A stretch of DNA of 56,307 bases, filler included, from Sphacelaria rigidula (GCA_964200075.2; 5 parts of 5 records of this genome joined end to end with filler, not necessarily neighbours in it), one strand, 5' to 3'; positions 25,940 to 39,295 are shown, counted from the first letter of the whole stretch. Program-made: numbers and translations. Notes: generated by a model from the letters alone, not told the origin.

Positions 25940-26460
25940 CTCGGAGTGACGACCACTTCCAGACCCGCCGCATTTTTTAACCTGCGTATTTCTGACATGT
26001 GAGTGACGCCCCGATAGCCTTCCCCAGAGCAGCCTCAAAACTGCCAAGGAAAAACTCGCCATACTCGTACAGCGCCTCATACAGGCGAAATTGGCGAGAA
26101 CGATCCCACACGTGGATGTCCCAGCTCCTCGGCATGCTCGGCTCTTGGCATTTTGATTCACACGTACATTTCGTCTCCTCAAACCAGCCCTTTTTCTTGG
26201 GGCGGGCGGGGGGCACCAGTCATGACGAGAAAGCAGTGTCGATGATAACGGGCCTAAAGGACGACGACAGCCTTTTGGAGCCTGATTGTGTCTTCTCCGT
26301 GCTAAAAAATGAGCGTCGATATACACCCAAGGCAATCGACGCCCGCATACAACAGTATATGCCGCGCGACACCGTCTCTCATGAATCAAACAAGATCGGC
26401 AGCGCTTTGCCTCGGGACCACAATAAACTAAACCCATCGAGCCCATAGAAGCACATGCTT
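25940..26460 (-). pseudogene. Decayed coding segment of unknown family
   Basis: One minus frame reads FYGLDGFSLLWSRGKALPILFDS*ETVSRGIYCCMRASIALGVYRRSFF...DTAFSS*LVPPARPKKKGWFEETKCTCESKCQEP...DRSRQFRLYEALYEYGEFFLGSFEAALGKAIG. This is ~160 codons of protein-like composition with two TGA interruptions. Confidence 0.4.
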
Positions 26461-27402
26461 GTTGCTGGGCAGCAAAACGGCATGGCGTGTTTGGTGCGCG
26501 GGGTGTACGTGATGTGCGCGCGGCGGGGCGTGCGAGTGTGAGTGGGGGATGTGATATGTGTCACATGTACGCGGAATTCCTCGCCACCGCGTGCAGCCAA
26601 CTGAGCAGGACGCAAGCACACGTTGACATACGCAGTCAAGCAAAGGGCATAGAACCGCAACGGCGAGCTTGTTCTCCCAATGAGCCCCGCTGCCAGCAAC
26701 TGCGGCGCGACAACACTTCGAGTATCTCAAGTTGTTTCGGCAATGGCCGTGGTGAGGAGCCACGGCGAATCCGCGGTAGCTGTCGCCTCGCGGCCTACAA
26801 CCCCCTCACAATTGTATGATAAAAGGGCGAATACAGGTGCACCCCCCCCTCCCCCCCCCGCCCCTCCCCTCCAACGGTGGCAAAATGCTGCAGCATGCCG
26901 TCTGACTCAACCTTGAGACAGCGACCCCCCAGCACGTGGACAGAGTTGAACTTCGCCACATTTGGGGTTCAGAGGAGGTATTTTCTATTATAGCTGCACG
27001 GACAGCCTTTTTTCATGAAGATGTGGATATTTGGTATTTTCTTACTATCGTCAATATTCTCGGAGAACTCCTGACCAGTTTTGACCATGCAGGTAAGTGC
27101 GTGCAGAGTCAGTATGTATGTGTGCTGTATGTCTTCGCTGGATACAACGCCCGAGAGACAGTATAAGTGTGCCATCGCTCTCCACTGACCACAATTTACT
27201 GCATGCTACTGATGCCTCTGCCTATTGTTCAACACTTTAGACAGGTTGAAGCTATGCTGGCAACACATGAGGCGTCAGACGGGCGGCTAAGATCTCGTGT
27301 ACCCATATTATCTTGTGGTTGAAATGACCCAAATGAGAAATGCCGGTGGACAGCAAAGTAGTCCAACGTCCACCTGTGGGGGAACTGCGTGCTCATTGTG
27401 AC

Positions 27403-27475
27403 GGCCGTGATTAGTCAGAATGGTAATTTCGCGCCTTTCGGGTCTCATTGTTGGATTAGAATCTTCCGCGGGAGA
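27403..27475 (+). repeat. Possible degenerate tRNA-derived (SINE-head-like) sequence
   Basis: A-box-like TAGTCAGAATGGTAA and B-box-like GGATTAGAATC at tRNA spacing; no intact cloverleaf. Confidence 0.3.
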
Positions 27476-28689
27476 CTTCCAAACGCACATGGTTCACCCG
27501 GTGAGCTTGTCGACTGTTCTGCTGACAGACACCCCCCCCCCCAAAAAAAACACGCCTCCCGGCCACTGGAAACCCCAGAACGTCTCTAGACTGTCAGCCT
27601 GTGAAACTGTTGCGGGCGAAAGGCGACGCTCGCTGTCCAAGGGTACAAAAAAATGTTGCGAGCACCCATATCCTTGTAACGTCCATATAAGCCCCCCAAA
27701 GACCATCCTCCAACAATTACCGGGGGTGTCAAGGGACAAAATCTCTCGACATGTTTAACACTGGCTGTACCATGTATATGCTGTCGGTATAGTTAGCTGC
27801 ACCGTGCTTTGGAAGGAGGCTTTTCGATAAACCCCGTATTCGACGAACTGCGGTCAACACGAAATATGTTTAATTTTTTTCGACTAGACTGGCATCAAAA
27901 ACACTTTTTTTTTTCAAGTGGAAAAATCATGATCTTGAAAAAATCTTGAGAAAACAGAGTCCACGGACTTGCACAGGAAGCGGGTTCGAAAAAACTCTTC
28001 ACTGCCGCTGGAGATGACGCCCGAACTTTTTCGGGCGCTTGAGTGTTTGGGGATTGAATTCGTACTTATAAGGAGAACCCTCAGTCGGCTTTTCGAGAAA
28101 AGTCGTCGGGACTGTGCAGTTCAGTGCGGTAGGACCCTTGATCGCTCGACCGACAGCTTCACGCAAGTACAAAAATACGGATGAAACTGGCGAAGCAGGC
28201 CCGTACGAATGATGGAATGATCCCACACAGTACGACGCATGACAATTATAGTAGGGGGTGCGTGTAATCTACATATTATTACTCGTAGTAGCTTGTAAGC
28301 GAATCCGATCAATGGACGATTGAAGCCGAAATGGAGTAGAGTATCATCTATCTATCCATCTATTCATCATGAGGAGGTTCAGACAGTACGAAGGGACTAC
28401 GTAACACGCGCGCACACACATCAACAATTATCACGCCTTCTTTCTTCTTTTTGCTGCTCTGGTTGATACTGTTGCCCGTCGTGAACGCTTTTTTTCTGAC
28501 ATGTCTTCGGTGATAAACTGAGTCATCGACATCCCCCATCCTCTCAGATTTCATTTTCCCTGGAAGTTTCAAACTTCAATAACCCCCCCCCAGGTAGCCA
28601 GTTTGCAAAGAAATGAAAGCCTAACGTCCGAGAGAGAGAAAGTGCTTGCAAAGTGCTAGAATTGCGTCGAAATATATGATGCACTCAAC

Positions 28690-30520
28690 TGCCGACAACC
28701 CTGAAATCGCGGAAGCGACCTCCACACTGTTTACAGTCCAGAGTCTGTGCGACTTCTTCTGGTTGCCTTTGTTCGTGTACAGTATCCCAGAAGTGCCATT
28801 TGAATAGCAGAAAGCGGATGACGCTCGAACGGTCCTTACTCTCGCTGTGCCACTAGTACTGATCGCAAGTTGTGCAGCATTTCAAAATTTCGCTCGTGGC
28901 TTCCCTCATGTTGTGACTCCTCATTTTTTCGTCGGTGCAAGGGTACCCCTGAGTCTTCCAGTTCTTCTCGAGGTGAAATTCATCACGATTCAGCAGTTGG
29001 ATAGTTGACCCACCCTAGCGGTCAAAGGAACAGTTACTTTTCCTCCGGGAATCACCCTGCACGCGACAGGACGGGGGGAGCGTTATCTTTACGGACGGAA
29101 CAGGGAAGGATACGAAATGAACACGAAGTCCATTTGTCGGAAACCACTGAGAACTGGACCGCCGAAAACTCAAACGAGCAAAGCGAAAAAATAATGATAA
29201 TAAAATCGACGATACGCGGTACGCGCCGGGGCTGGTCAAGAGTTTGTTGTGTACAAGATCAAGTCTGGTAGCATACGGTACAAAAAAACGAAGTCCCGGG
29301 CAACATTGAAGCATAAAAACTGATGTCAAGAAGTTCCAGCTCTTTCCGTCATGATTTACTGCTCTACTAGATATACATTCGGCCACGAGAGGTTTCGAGA
29401 GGCAGAGAGACCACAGGGAGATCGCGATACATCACTCAGATTCGTAGGTCGTGTGAAAACGCCTGGTGCACAATCTACATCTCTCCGGCGTGAGCATAAC
29501 TTATCTGGAGTTCAAAAAACGTCAGCACCGCAGACAAGACTGAGCAGGGCAGTAGGGTACCTACTCTGGTGACAGGGTTGCCGGACTTCAGTAGACGGCG
29601 CAAAGAACTGAACTCAAGGACTAGTATCCGCTTGGCGGCAAAGTTACTCCGATCACACCACAAAGATCCGCCTTGAAGCTCCGCACACTGTTTCTTCCGA
29701 TGTGGAGGTGACACCGGGAAATCGGAACATCCTTCGCGTGTGAACCCACCCTGTCATGCTTGAGCGACGTACCGACCGCACTGGAGCCAGTGCTATACTA
29801 GCATAATTGCTACAGAGACTGACTGTGCGCCGTACGAATACGCCAATATGATTTCAATGAGTAGCACAAGGCACCGATACACGGCATTCTTGTCCTCCCG
29901 CAACAACAAAGCGAACGTGTTTTACTTTCGGGTTCGGGCCAAGACCGTGGGCTTGTTTAATAGTTGAAAAAACGAAATTTTGTGGAGACCTGAGAAAAGT
30001 GCCTCATGAGGGAGCCCGTGCAGTGCGCTGCCCGTCTTCCGTTCAAGTCTGCGGTACGCTTTACACTGACTGCACTACTGTGGTGGACGTGAGGCATGAT
30101 AAAAGTACCTCAGAGGAAACAAGCACCATATGCGGGGAGACAACAGTGACGGAGGATCGCCTTTTCTCCTTTGGCCGAGCAAGGGCAAAAGATACGGAAG
30201 GGGTTGAGCAATCGCAGCATGAAGAGGCGGAGGAAGAAGAGGGGATGTCGGTTGTGACAAGAATATACATGCTGCTTGGCGCTTTTACTTTCACCTCCAA
30301 GAAGGGAGGGAGGAGAGTAGGGGGGCAGGTGCTATTTGTCAGGTCTTTGCCCTCTCCGATGGGCAAAAAGGGCAAGGGCGAAGATCACTACGATGGGTAG
30401 TAACGATGATGTGTTCGGGGGCTTCGACTTCGAAAAGAGGCACCGTCATGCAGAGGTCCTTTTCCTGCAGGTTTCCGAGGTTTTCGAAGATACGAGACAC
30501 GTGTCGGTCGGCACAGCTTT
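28690..30520 (+). pseudogene. Fossil ATP-dependent DNA ligase-like gene
   Basis: Motif-like peptides in canonical order: IPEVPFE*QKA (28784), VLLEVKF (28961), LHATGRGERYLYGRN (29057), QEFVVYKIKSG (29237), FQLF/HDLLLY (29334-29367), LPDFSRRRKEL (29578), RAKDTEGV (30182), YMLLGAF (30266), VVTMMCSGASTS...SFSCRFPRFSKIRD (to 30498). Multiple stops and frameshifts; the DG of motif I is missing. Confidence 0.55.
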
Positions 30521-33500
30521 TCTGACTCCACACAGCGGAGATGTATCCAGCATCCAAACTGCTGTTGTACGACCAAACTCGAACACAACACAACAGTTTT
30601 ACTGTAATGTAGGAACCAAACAACGGATGTGCGGCAGGGGGTGGGCACCGAAAAAATGTGGATGTTCGCTCGTGTACTTCTGCGTGTGATTTTTTTCTCG
30701 CGTGTACGTGTCTTTTTTTATGTGAGTCCTCCTGACCGGAGAGGTTGGCGGTGTGGTAGGCTCTGATTGCTGTCGCTGACCTGTGGTCGGGCGATGTGTC
30801 GTTGCTGCATTTGTATTTTGACTGGTGGTTCACGATGAAGACGCGGTGAATGTGCCAACGCTCAGCCGATCAACATGTATAACGCACGGGGGCACACAGC
30901 GATCACGACCGCGTGTAGCATGCTCAACATACCGACAGCGGCCGGATTTGCACCTGCAGTTAGCAGAGGGTCTCGACAATCCCAACTGAACCAACGATAT
31001 ACAGCGGAAGCGACCAAGCGGACTACTCATGGGAAACATGCCGTACGCTGTACCCAGTAGTAACTGCAAGTGGTGAGAGGGCAGAGCAACGATGATAAGG
31101 CACAAACGAAGATTCAGCAAACCCATGCATCGAGTTGAAGGCAGCCCTCGGCGAGTTTACTTCAATCCACAGGCTGCTGCCTTTTGTAAATCCCGGCCGT
31201 CGACTGGTTTTCCCCGCCCGACAAATTTCAATGACCATGTGACAACAGTAGGGGGAGATTTAATTGAGGGAAGGGAAGGACAAACATTTCTGGGTCTGGT
31301 GTTTGAGGGGGCGCAGAACAGAAGGTTTTTGAGCTGGCCTCTTCGACGCGCGTCATTTGTCTTATCAAGATCAGTGAGCGACAATACCCATGACATCAAT
31401 GCGCGCACAGGGCTGTCGTTGTTGGCTGCTGTTGCCTCTCATCATGCTACGGTGGAAGAGTAGGACCGTGCAAAAGTACATGGATATTGTGAAGCTCACT
31501 GTCCTGTCTGTCGTTGTGGTGTCGCCTGCAAGCGGCACGTGTACTTTCCTGACTTATGTTGTAGCCAACAGACAGGTCAACTATATGGTGAGTGCTAGAC
31601 AAGGAATCCCGAACACGGGAAACCACTTATACATGACACACTGCAGGCAGGGAAGAACCCGACGACATGCCAGCCAGCCGACTGACACATTCAAGTCCTC
31701 CAAGCACTTTCCTCTTATGCAAACTTGCGGAGCAGCTTGCTGATCTACACCCAATTCGAAACACACGAGGACACAAGATCTTCGCTGCAACCTGATACAG
31801 ACTCCTGGGGGCCAAATGTTCTGTTGCACGCACACTATATCTCTCCGGTGTGCCTGCATTCTGATCGTGGCGCACCTTCATTTTCCGTTCGCTTCTTTGT
31901 AGTCGAGGCCTGTCCGATCTCTCTGTGCGTCAAGTACGCCCGCCGTGCCTTGTCTCAAAGCGCACCATACAAATGTTAGCCCTCCAGTAAGCACTGCCCG
32001 CCTTCTCGGTGTAGAGAAACGCCCAACCCCACAATCTCGATGTAAGGCCGGTCAAGCAGAGTAGAGTCCAGCCAGCTACACAATAAAGAGAAGTTTATGA
32101 AATGAGCGACGCAACGCACACGTAAGCTCGCTGTGGTGCTTGCAGTAAATTGTGGTCTGGCGACGATGCTGTTGTGACGGGGAAACGGAAGGGATAGCGC
32201 AGATCCGATAAGACAATAAACGACATTAACAGTGACAAGTTGGATACTGTCTGTACACCTGTGTGCACAGAAAACTCACGAAGTCGGATCATGATTTTGT
32301 ACAAATGTTTGGTCGACAACAACACTGGGTTCAAGTGAAACTGAAAGAAAACTTTGAGGGGGGGCGGAGATATACGGGGGGATATTGGAGATGGGCCGAG
32401 GATGGTCGATAAAACTTTGTTCAGTTGGAACTTTGAATTAGATGGTATCGCGTTCAGCGGATATCTTACTCTTGGTTCTCTCTCCGTGTGTCTCAGGTAT
32501 CCGATTGCCGAACAAATACACGCAGTGTGTGATGAGAATGATGCGAGCAAGAGCTGAGAGCGAAAAATGGTGCTCCCTCCAATCTAACCGAGCGATGTCT
32601 TGGGCCAGTGTTTTTTTCATGTCACGAGCAACGGGAATGCTCATGCTGCTGACATGTGCAACAGCACTACCGTCGCAGCCATGCTCATGTCACTGTGAGA
32701 GAAAGAGACCAAGAATAAACGAAGCGAACTTCAAACAACCGGATATGCCGGGTGATGATCCGTTAACGGGCGGACTTGCTCTGACGTTATTTTTATTGGA
32801 GCGAGACAGGTATTACCCTGTAGGTTGTCATGCTCTCTTTTGTTTCGTCAAATACTACTACTTTTCTCACCTTGCTCGTGCTTACAGGCAGTGTGATTCG
32901 GTGTTGTATCATCCTACCACCATCCCATAGTCTGTCTATACTTGTGCGTAGCGGTTGGCGATGTACTTCACTTTGACACTGTTATCTGTATGTATGGATC
33001 TTATCGTGGTAGTATGTATTATAAATATTATTATATCATGACTGTAGTGTCAACCCTTTCACCGCGAGCATCGATATAGGTCCTGGTCGTCGACGGGTCA
33101 ATATATAGACGCCAACGCCCCCGGTCACCATAATATTTGCAACACTCGCTCAAACCGATTACTATTTTCACAAGGAACCAAAGCTCGGCACACGCACGTG
33201 CGAACGTAATTTCGAATGTACCAGATATGAAGACTGTTGGTTATCGCGTACGTGCAACTCAAAGATTTGAATGAACAAGCTCGATGGTCGCAGCACAACA
33301 CCGGAAGTTTGACCGCAGGTGGCGGGGTGGGCAGGGGTAGGGCGGGGGGTATATGGTGGTGGTCATTATTATTCATAATATACGTAATGCATGATGTACC
33401 CAGGGCTATTTAGAGGAGGATCGGAAGCTGATGACTTATTATTACAGTTTTTTCGTACATTTGTCACGACAATACCTGTCAAGAAATAAAGTGGGCCACC

Positions 33501-33748
33501 ACGTCCACTACACCCGACTTCCCCGGATTCGGAAATCACGGAGTAGACACTGATTGAGACTACTACGAGGTGGGAATTGAGAACAATACCCGTATACGGA
33601 AAAAGTAGTACTACTTTACGTCACACTGGTCACTACGTACGACTCACTTGTTCGGCAACAGCAGATAGCCCCCGCGGGGGGGGGAGGGGGGGGGGGGGGG
33701 GGGGGACAAACGACGAAGTAAGCGGGGAGAGAGGACGGCGGGGGGGGG

Positions 33749-33848
33749 NNNNNNNNNNNNNNNNNNNNNNNNNNNNNNNNNNNNNNNNNNNNTTAATTAA
33801 TTAANNNNNNNNNNNNNNNNNNNNNNNNNNNNNNNNNNNNNNNNNNNN
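33749..33848. other. Artificial contig linker
   Basis: N44-TTAATTAATTAA-N44. Confidence 0.98.
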
Positions 33849-33884
33849 GGGTGGGTGGGGGGGGGGGTGGGGGGGGGGGCGGGG

Positions 33885-33919
<35 letters not shown>

Positions 33920-34980
33920 CGGGATCGGCAAGGAGGAATCCAGTGAAGGTAGGTTGTACGATTTTTTTCTTCCCATACTTTCAAACTCCTCCCCCTTCCT
34001 CGGGATGAGTCGGCCATATTTCAAGGGGTCGACCTACATTTCCCCCGCCCGGGACGTGCACGCTCTTCATCTCAGTATTTTTGCGGATTGCTTCACCACG
34101 CCTACACTGCGTCGACTCGTTAAAAATTACTTTATTTGCTACCAGATTACTCATCATGTTTCCCACGGTAGAATCCAGATGCTTCTTAGAAAACCCCGAT
34201 GATACGTCAACGGGGATTCGAATTCTCATTCTCCCAACGAAACACATGTCAGTTTTTCAAGGCTCGAACGAATCATCACTGGTTTGAATCACCAAATAAA
34301 TCTACGATTTCTCAGCCCTGATTGCTCGAACGAGAAGAAACCATTGGGTCAAAACCGTGTCAACGCAATTTTTCGCGATCCCATGTGCCTGGGGTGCGCG
34401 TACGTGGGGTGGAACGCTGAAAACGAATCAATCCCACGAAAACCAAGTCATTTTCAGACGGAATCATTCTACGTACGGTATTTGTCCGACCCCTATACAC
34501 TGATGTTTTTTGTACCACTTAGACCACCGAGGCGGCGGCACTATCATTATATTCCCTGAATTTTATTTTGTGGTGGTGGACGGCTTCTCTTCGATTAGAA
34601 TGGAGAGAGGGAGAGAGAGGGCAAGCAGTTCGTTGTTGTGTAGCAGGTCTTTGATTTGTCGCGCGCGCCAAAGCTAAGGTCCAAAAATCAATATGCTCGT
34701 CGGGCATACCGCCCGTACTAATAATAGCATATTGTTGTTGTTGTTGTTGTGCAGCTGGACCCCTGGAGGGTCCGTCAAAGTGCGACAATCAACCAATCTA
34801 TCAAACACGTGATCACAGGTACGACGACGACACCGCGGGTCAGAGACAGTATAAAAGGGATAATCAAAAGGAAGAAGGGCCTGATGCTAACGGTCCCACG
34901 GGACAGTGTCACGCACGAGACGCGTGAAGTGTACATTGCTCAACTAACACAAAATCCATTCGAAGCTCGAGATAATTCAA

Positions 34981-36412
34981 ATGAGTTCCACTAATGCTAT
35001 GCCTTTATGGGCATCGGAACCCGCTGGCTCCACCCCCTATTCGGGGGGTACAGCACCAACGACGGCGCACAAACGCCGGCCGAGAGCTGATGGCAGCAAT
35101 AATATGGAAGGGCCGTCGCGAGATGTGGCCTCGATGAAAAAAGAAATAGCGCAAGTGCAAGCGGACACCACACACTCCTTGGATAGGGCCATCGCAGCTG
35201 CACAGGCGGCAACGAGCGTTGGCGGACACGTGGCGGAGGAGCTTGTCGAACAGCGGGAACAGGTACTGTCCGTACTGTATGCATCCCCGCCAGTTTTTGT
35301 TTGTCCGTTACAGATCCCAAGGGTTTAGCCCTGTGCGGGACGTTGCACACAAGCCGAGACGGTTTTTTTTGGCTACATGGTATGTAAGAGTATGCTGCTG
35401 GCGCGTCACATCGTGCTTGCGTTGCGGCTGAGCTGAATGTTGTTATTCAGTAATCGCTCCGTTGAAATGGTCGAGCGTCTTGGGTGATTTGGGGCTCTAC
35501 AGGACATGTATTCCACGGCCCGGCGCGACTGTTCCTAGCTTCTGAGAACCGAAGGCGGCTAGAAATTTCCTGAACTTTTCCTTAAGGCAGTGCGCCTGCG
35601 CAGAGATGGGCCCGTTTTGTTACCGCACGAGGTCTCGCTCGTCAGCTTCATGTCGTCGTGACCGGTGCGTGCTGCGCGTGATTTGCGACGCCTACGTTCA
35701 TGCCTATTGGTCTCAGAGTAGCAATTCGACTTGACTGAGAACTTGGTCGGACGTTCTCTTCCTCAGCTTCATGAATGCTCGCCACGGCTGTCGCAGCTGC
35801 AGTCTACTCAGAATGTACAAAAATAAAAACTGCGTCACCCTTTTCCCTCGACCTCACCCGGGACCGCAGATGGGCCGCATAGAAGCCGACGCGAGGGACA
35901 TAGAAGGCACCCTGAAGCGCACCGGCTACAATCTCAAGCACGGCTTTACTTGGCGCGGCGCCCTCACCTCCCCCTTTCGCCGCGGCCCCCCAAAGTCAAC
36001 GGGAAAGTCAGACATTGCTCCCGTGTTCACCAACGATTACACTCCGAGAACTCCCTCAAAGTCCCCCACTAGGGCTAAGGGTGGTAGATCCCTTAGCCCA
36101 AAGTCGGCGCCTGCGCAAGGCGGCAGTAGTGTCAATGGGCTCTTCGAGAAGAAGGAGAAAAAGGGTGCGGATGCGGCGAGCCCCCCAGCAAGGCCACGAA
36201 GTGCGGGGCACGTGCCCGAGGGTTTCGATGACCAGTTGGATGTTTTGGATAGCCTGATGGATGGGTTAAATACGCAGGCATTGGCTATCAATGCGGAGCT
36301 CCGACAACAGAATGAGGGGATAGAGGTACTGGCCGACCGGATAGAGCCTGCCGCTGTGGAGGTGGCATCGCAATCAAGCCAGATCAAGCGGCGTTTCAGG
36401 GTAAAGGGATAG
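34981..36412 (+). CDS. SNAP-25-family (Qbc) SNARE, 2 exons, ~274 aa
   Basis: Exons 34981-35262 (CAG|GT) and 35870-36412 (CAG|ATG), phase 0. First SNARE motif DTTHSLDRAIAAAQAATSVGGHVAEELVEQREQMGRIE; second FDDQLDVLDSLMDGLNTQALAINAELRQQNEGIEVL. No TM anchor. Confidence 0.88.
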
Positions 36413-39295
36413 AGCGGGTGTAGTGGTGTTGTACCGCCCATGATGTAAAATATTTTCACATCTTTGGATAAACAAAGGTTTCTTTATGTTGCATTGTTGA
36501 GAATCGGGGGTGGTTACTTCATGCGGCTACTCGCACGGTACTGAAGAGTACGTCTTCGGAAATGAAATCGTCGAGATATTTGCATCCATCAAAAATCTTC
36601 TCAGCGTGTAGGGCACTGTTTCTTGAGATCAAAATGGTTCAAAAAGTCATCAACCAACCTGGCGGTGTAGCACTCCGTCACGTCCGGAACACTCTTTTGT
36701 GTGCCTTCGTTTACCCTACGATTGGGGCGGACAATACATAGCCAAGGTAGTGAATCGCGAATCCGATGTGTTGTTGTCAGACGTCAGGTAGTGACGACTC
36801 TCGTCTGCTGTTGCCTTCAAGGGGCAAATATTGAGCTCATCATCACGAAATGACTCAAAAAGACAAGCAGGATACTGTAGAGAACAACCAGATGGAGGTG
36901 TTCTGTAAGGCGTCTATTTTGTGTATGACAGTGCGTAGCACTGCGATGCTTTGATGAACTGCGTGGCTGCACTTGTATTTAGCCCACCGGCCTTTCTAAA
37001 TTATGCCAATATTCGTGAGTGCTTCCTACATATACGGCGTACGTTGTCGTGTGCGGCCGTTCTTGGCAGGGTTGGTGTTGTTAGCACCGTGTGTAGGTGA
37101 GTATCGTCCTGTGCCGGAAACAGGCTGCCCCCATGGGCATAATCCAGAATGAACTAATTTGGGCCGGGACAACGCCCCGGGCTGTTCTTCCTGTGCAGCA
37201 GCACAGTCCAGTAATGTTCCGCGGACAAGTGGACAGGTTCCGTGCTCACTCTCTCAAGCTCCTGTGGCCGTGAGTTGAAATGCAGGCCATGCGGCCCTGT
37301 TTTTGCGTCATAAATCGTGCTGTGCCACTAAAATGGAGGGAGATTGTCCGACCCACTACAGTTACGCAGAATAGCTGCCACGATGAACGGTGGTGGTTCG
37401 TAGGTGTTGGCGCGATTGATCACTACACACGATGGAGAAAGCGCTCGAGCGTGCGTGACCTTGACGTTGCTGTTTTCGTTGTGTCTGTGCTCTTGTCGGC
37501 AGGGTATGTGCTACCCAGATTTCCTCGAGGTTGACGAGGGATCATGTCGGTCTTGTACGGTAAAAGTGCATGCTTAATTTTTGGTGCTTAATACATGTTT
37601 TTTTCCAAGCTGTTGGCTAACAACACGGCGTGTGATGGTGCACGGAGTACGTCACAATAGTAATGCAGAGCGAGTGATACCCCGTGCCGCTTATTTTTTT
37701 CCGATCGGCCAGACTCTCGAAATTATTCAATGAATTATTGGTGAACAATGTTTACTATGTGATGTCATCCGTGGGGGGAGGGGATGAATGAGTTTCGAAG
37801 CAGCGTAAAATTTCCATGATTTTGTAATGAACCATGGATTGCCTGAAATTCGGGAGAAGATGTCCGAACAGCTAGGAGCATCATCCGTTGCTCCTCGGGG
37901 GAGGCAGGACCAGATGAACCCGGTCGGTGCAGCATCATCCGTAAGCTGGTTTTGACGTCTGTATGCGGTACTAGGTTGTGGTGATTTAACATGAATCGTT
38001 ACCCGCGGGAAGGGATGGCATATTTCCCAGTCGAGTACCACACAATTTTTTTCCCCAAGAGCCCAAATTCGGCGGCAGGGCGAGGGGGGGGGGAGCGGAT
38101 AACAATTTATTAGGCTGCTAGACGTGATCAGCCTCGTGAAGATGGAGATGGTTCACGTGTTGAAAGCGCGTTTCTGTACTCGGGAGAAAGGATTCACACT
38201 GTACACTATTATCGAGATACCGATAAAGGTTGACTCGACTCACAAATATCGGACTGATGTGGCGGTCACGGAACGTCAGTGAGGCGGCTGAATTTCGAAG
38301 TTTCCTGCAGACTGCGCCGCAACCTGTACATTCGGGAGGGTGTGCAATAGGAAAATACTAGTCCACGTGGTCTGTTAGTTGTCCATGTACGTTGAATCAC
38401 TCCTGCAGCTGATGCAGCAGCTTGAAGAGGTCTTCATACTGTCTTTTTGTCGATGTGTAAATTTTTCTGTAAAGCCTAGAACGGGGGGGAGGGGGTGTTA
38501 GCGTTACCAAAAAAATATAATCAAGAGATGCTATATTTACTGCTCAGGTATCATCGAGGCAAACGGGGGTCTGTGGTGCCTGGACTGAGGGATGCCAACG
38601 CTTGGACCACGGAAAACAATGTTTTCGTAAGGCAGAGGGTTCAGGATACGATTGAGAGTGAGAAGCGCTCAGTCAATGAATTACATGTTGCAGTTCCGAA
38701 ATGCCCCTCCACGAGGCCCCCATGCATCTTCTGTTGTAGCTTGCCACTGAAGCTTTGATATCCCTGAGTGGGATATCGACGTGTAGGTGCAAGCACACGA
38801 CAGAGCTACAGGTAGAGAGACGCACACACAAAACGAAAAATTGGCCAAGTTGGAACAAATAATAAACTCACTCTCGATCACCGCTGAACTTTCAATCTCA
38901 CGAAAACATTCTTGGAGGTATTATTCTGTGATTTGACGGGGTAACCACCGAGTCATGGAATTTTATATCGGAAACGGAACGCCAACAGCCCATCACCGAT
39001 AAAGTTCGGAGAATTTTCTGCACCCTCGCTTTTATACAAGTTCATCCGTTCAGGCGTAGGTAGATACAGGGCCATCACCCGAGGGTCGGGAAAACGTTTC
39101 CCGGCCCGCTGTGCATTTTGTAACTCCCAGTTACTCAAGTTTGAGAAACCGAATGGGTCTTGAAAAATAATTTCATTAAACTGCGAGTGATTTCTCGCTC
39201 GAAGAGCTGAAGAAAGTTGTCGATGAAAGCCAAAGCGGGTATCGGCGGCGGACCGTCTGGCTTTCAGGAATGAAGCGTTACAAAGATGTTTGGGT

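Noticed and set aside
29070-29100. GSVIFTDG resembling a Merlin/IS1595 transposase motif
   Set aside because: Isolated and followed by a stop, with no other Merlin motifs. A different frame fits the ordered ligase motifs better.
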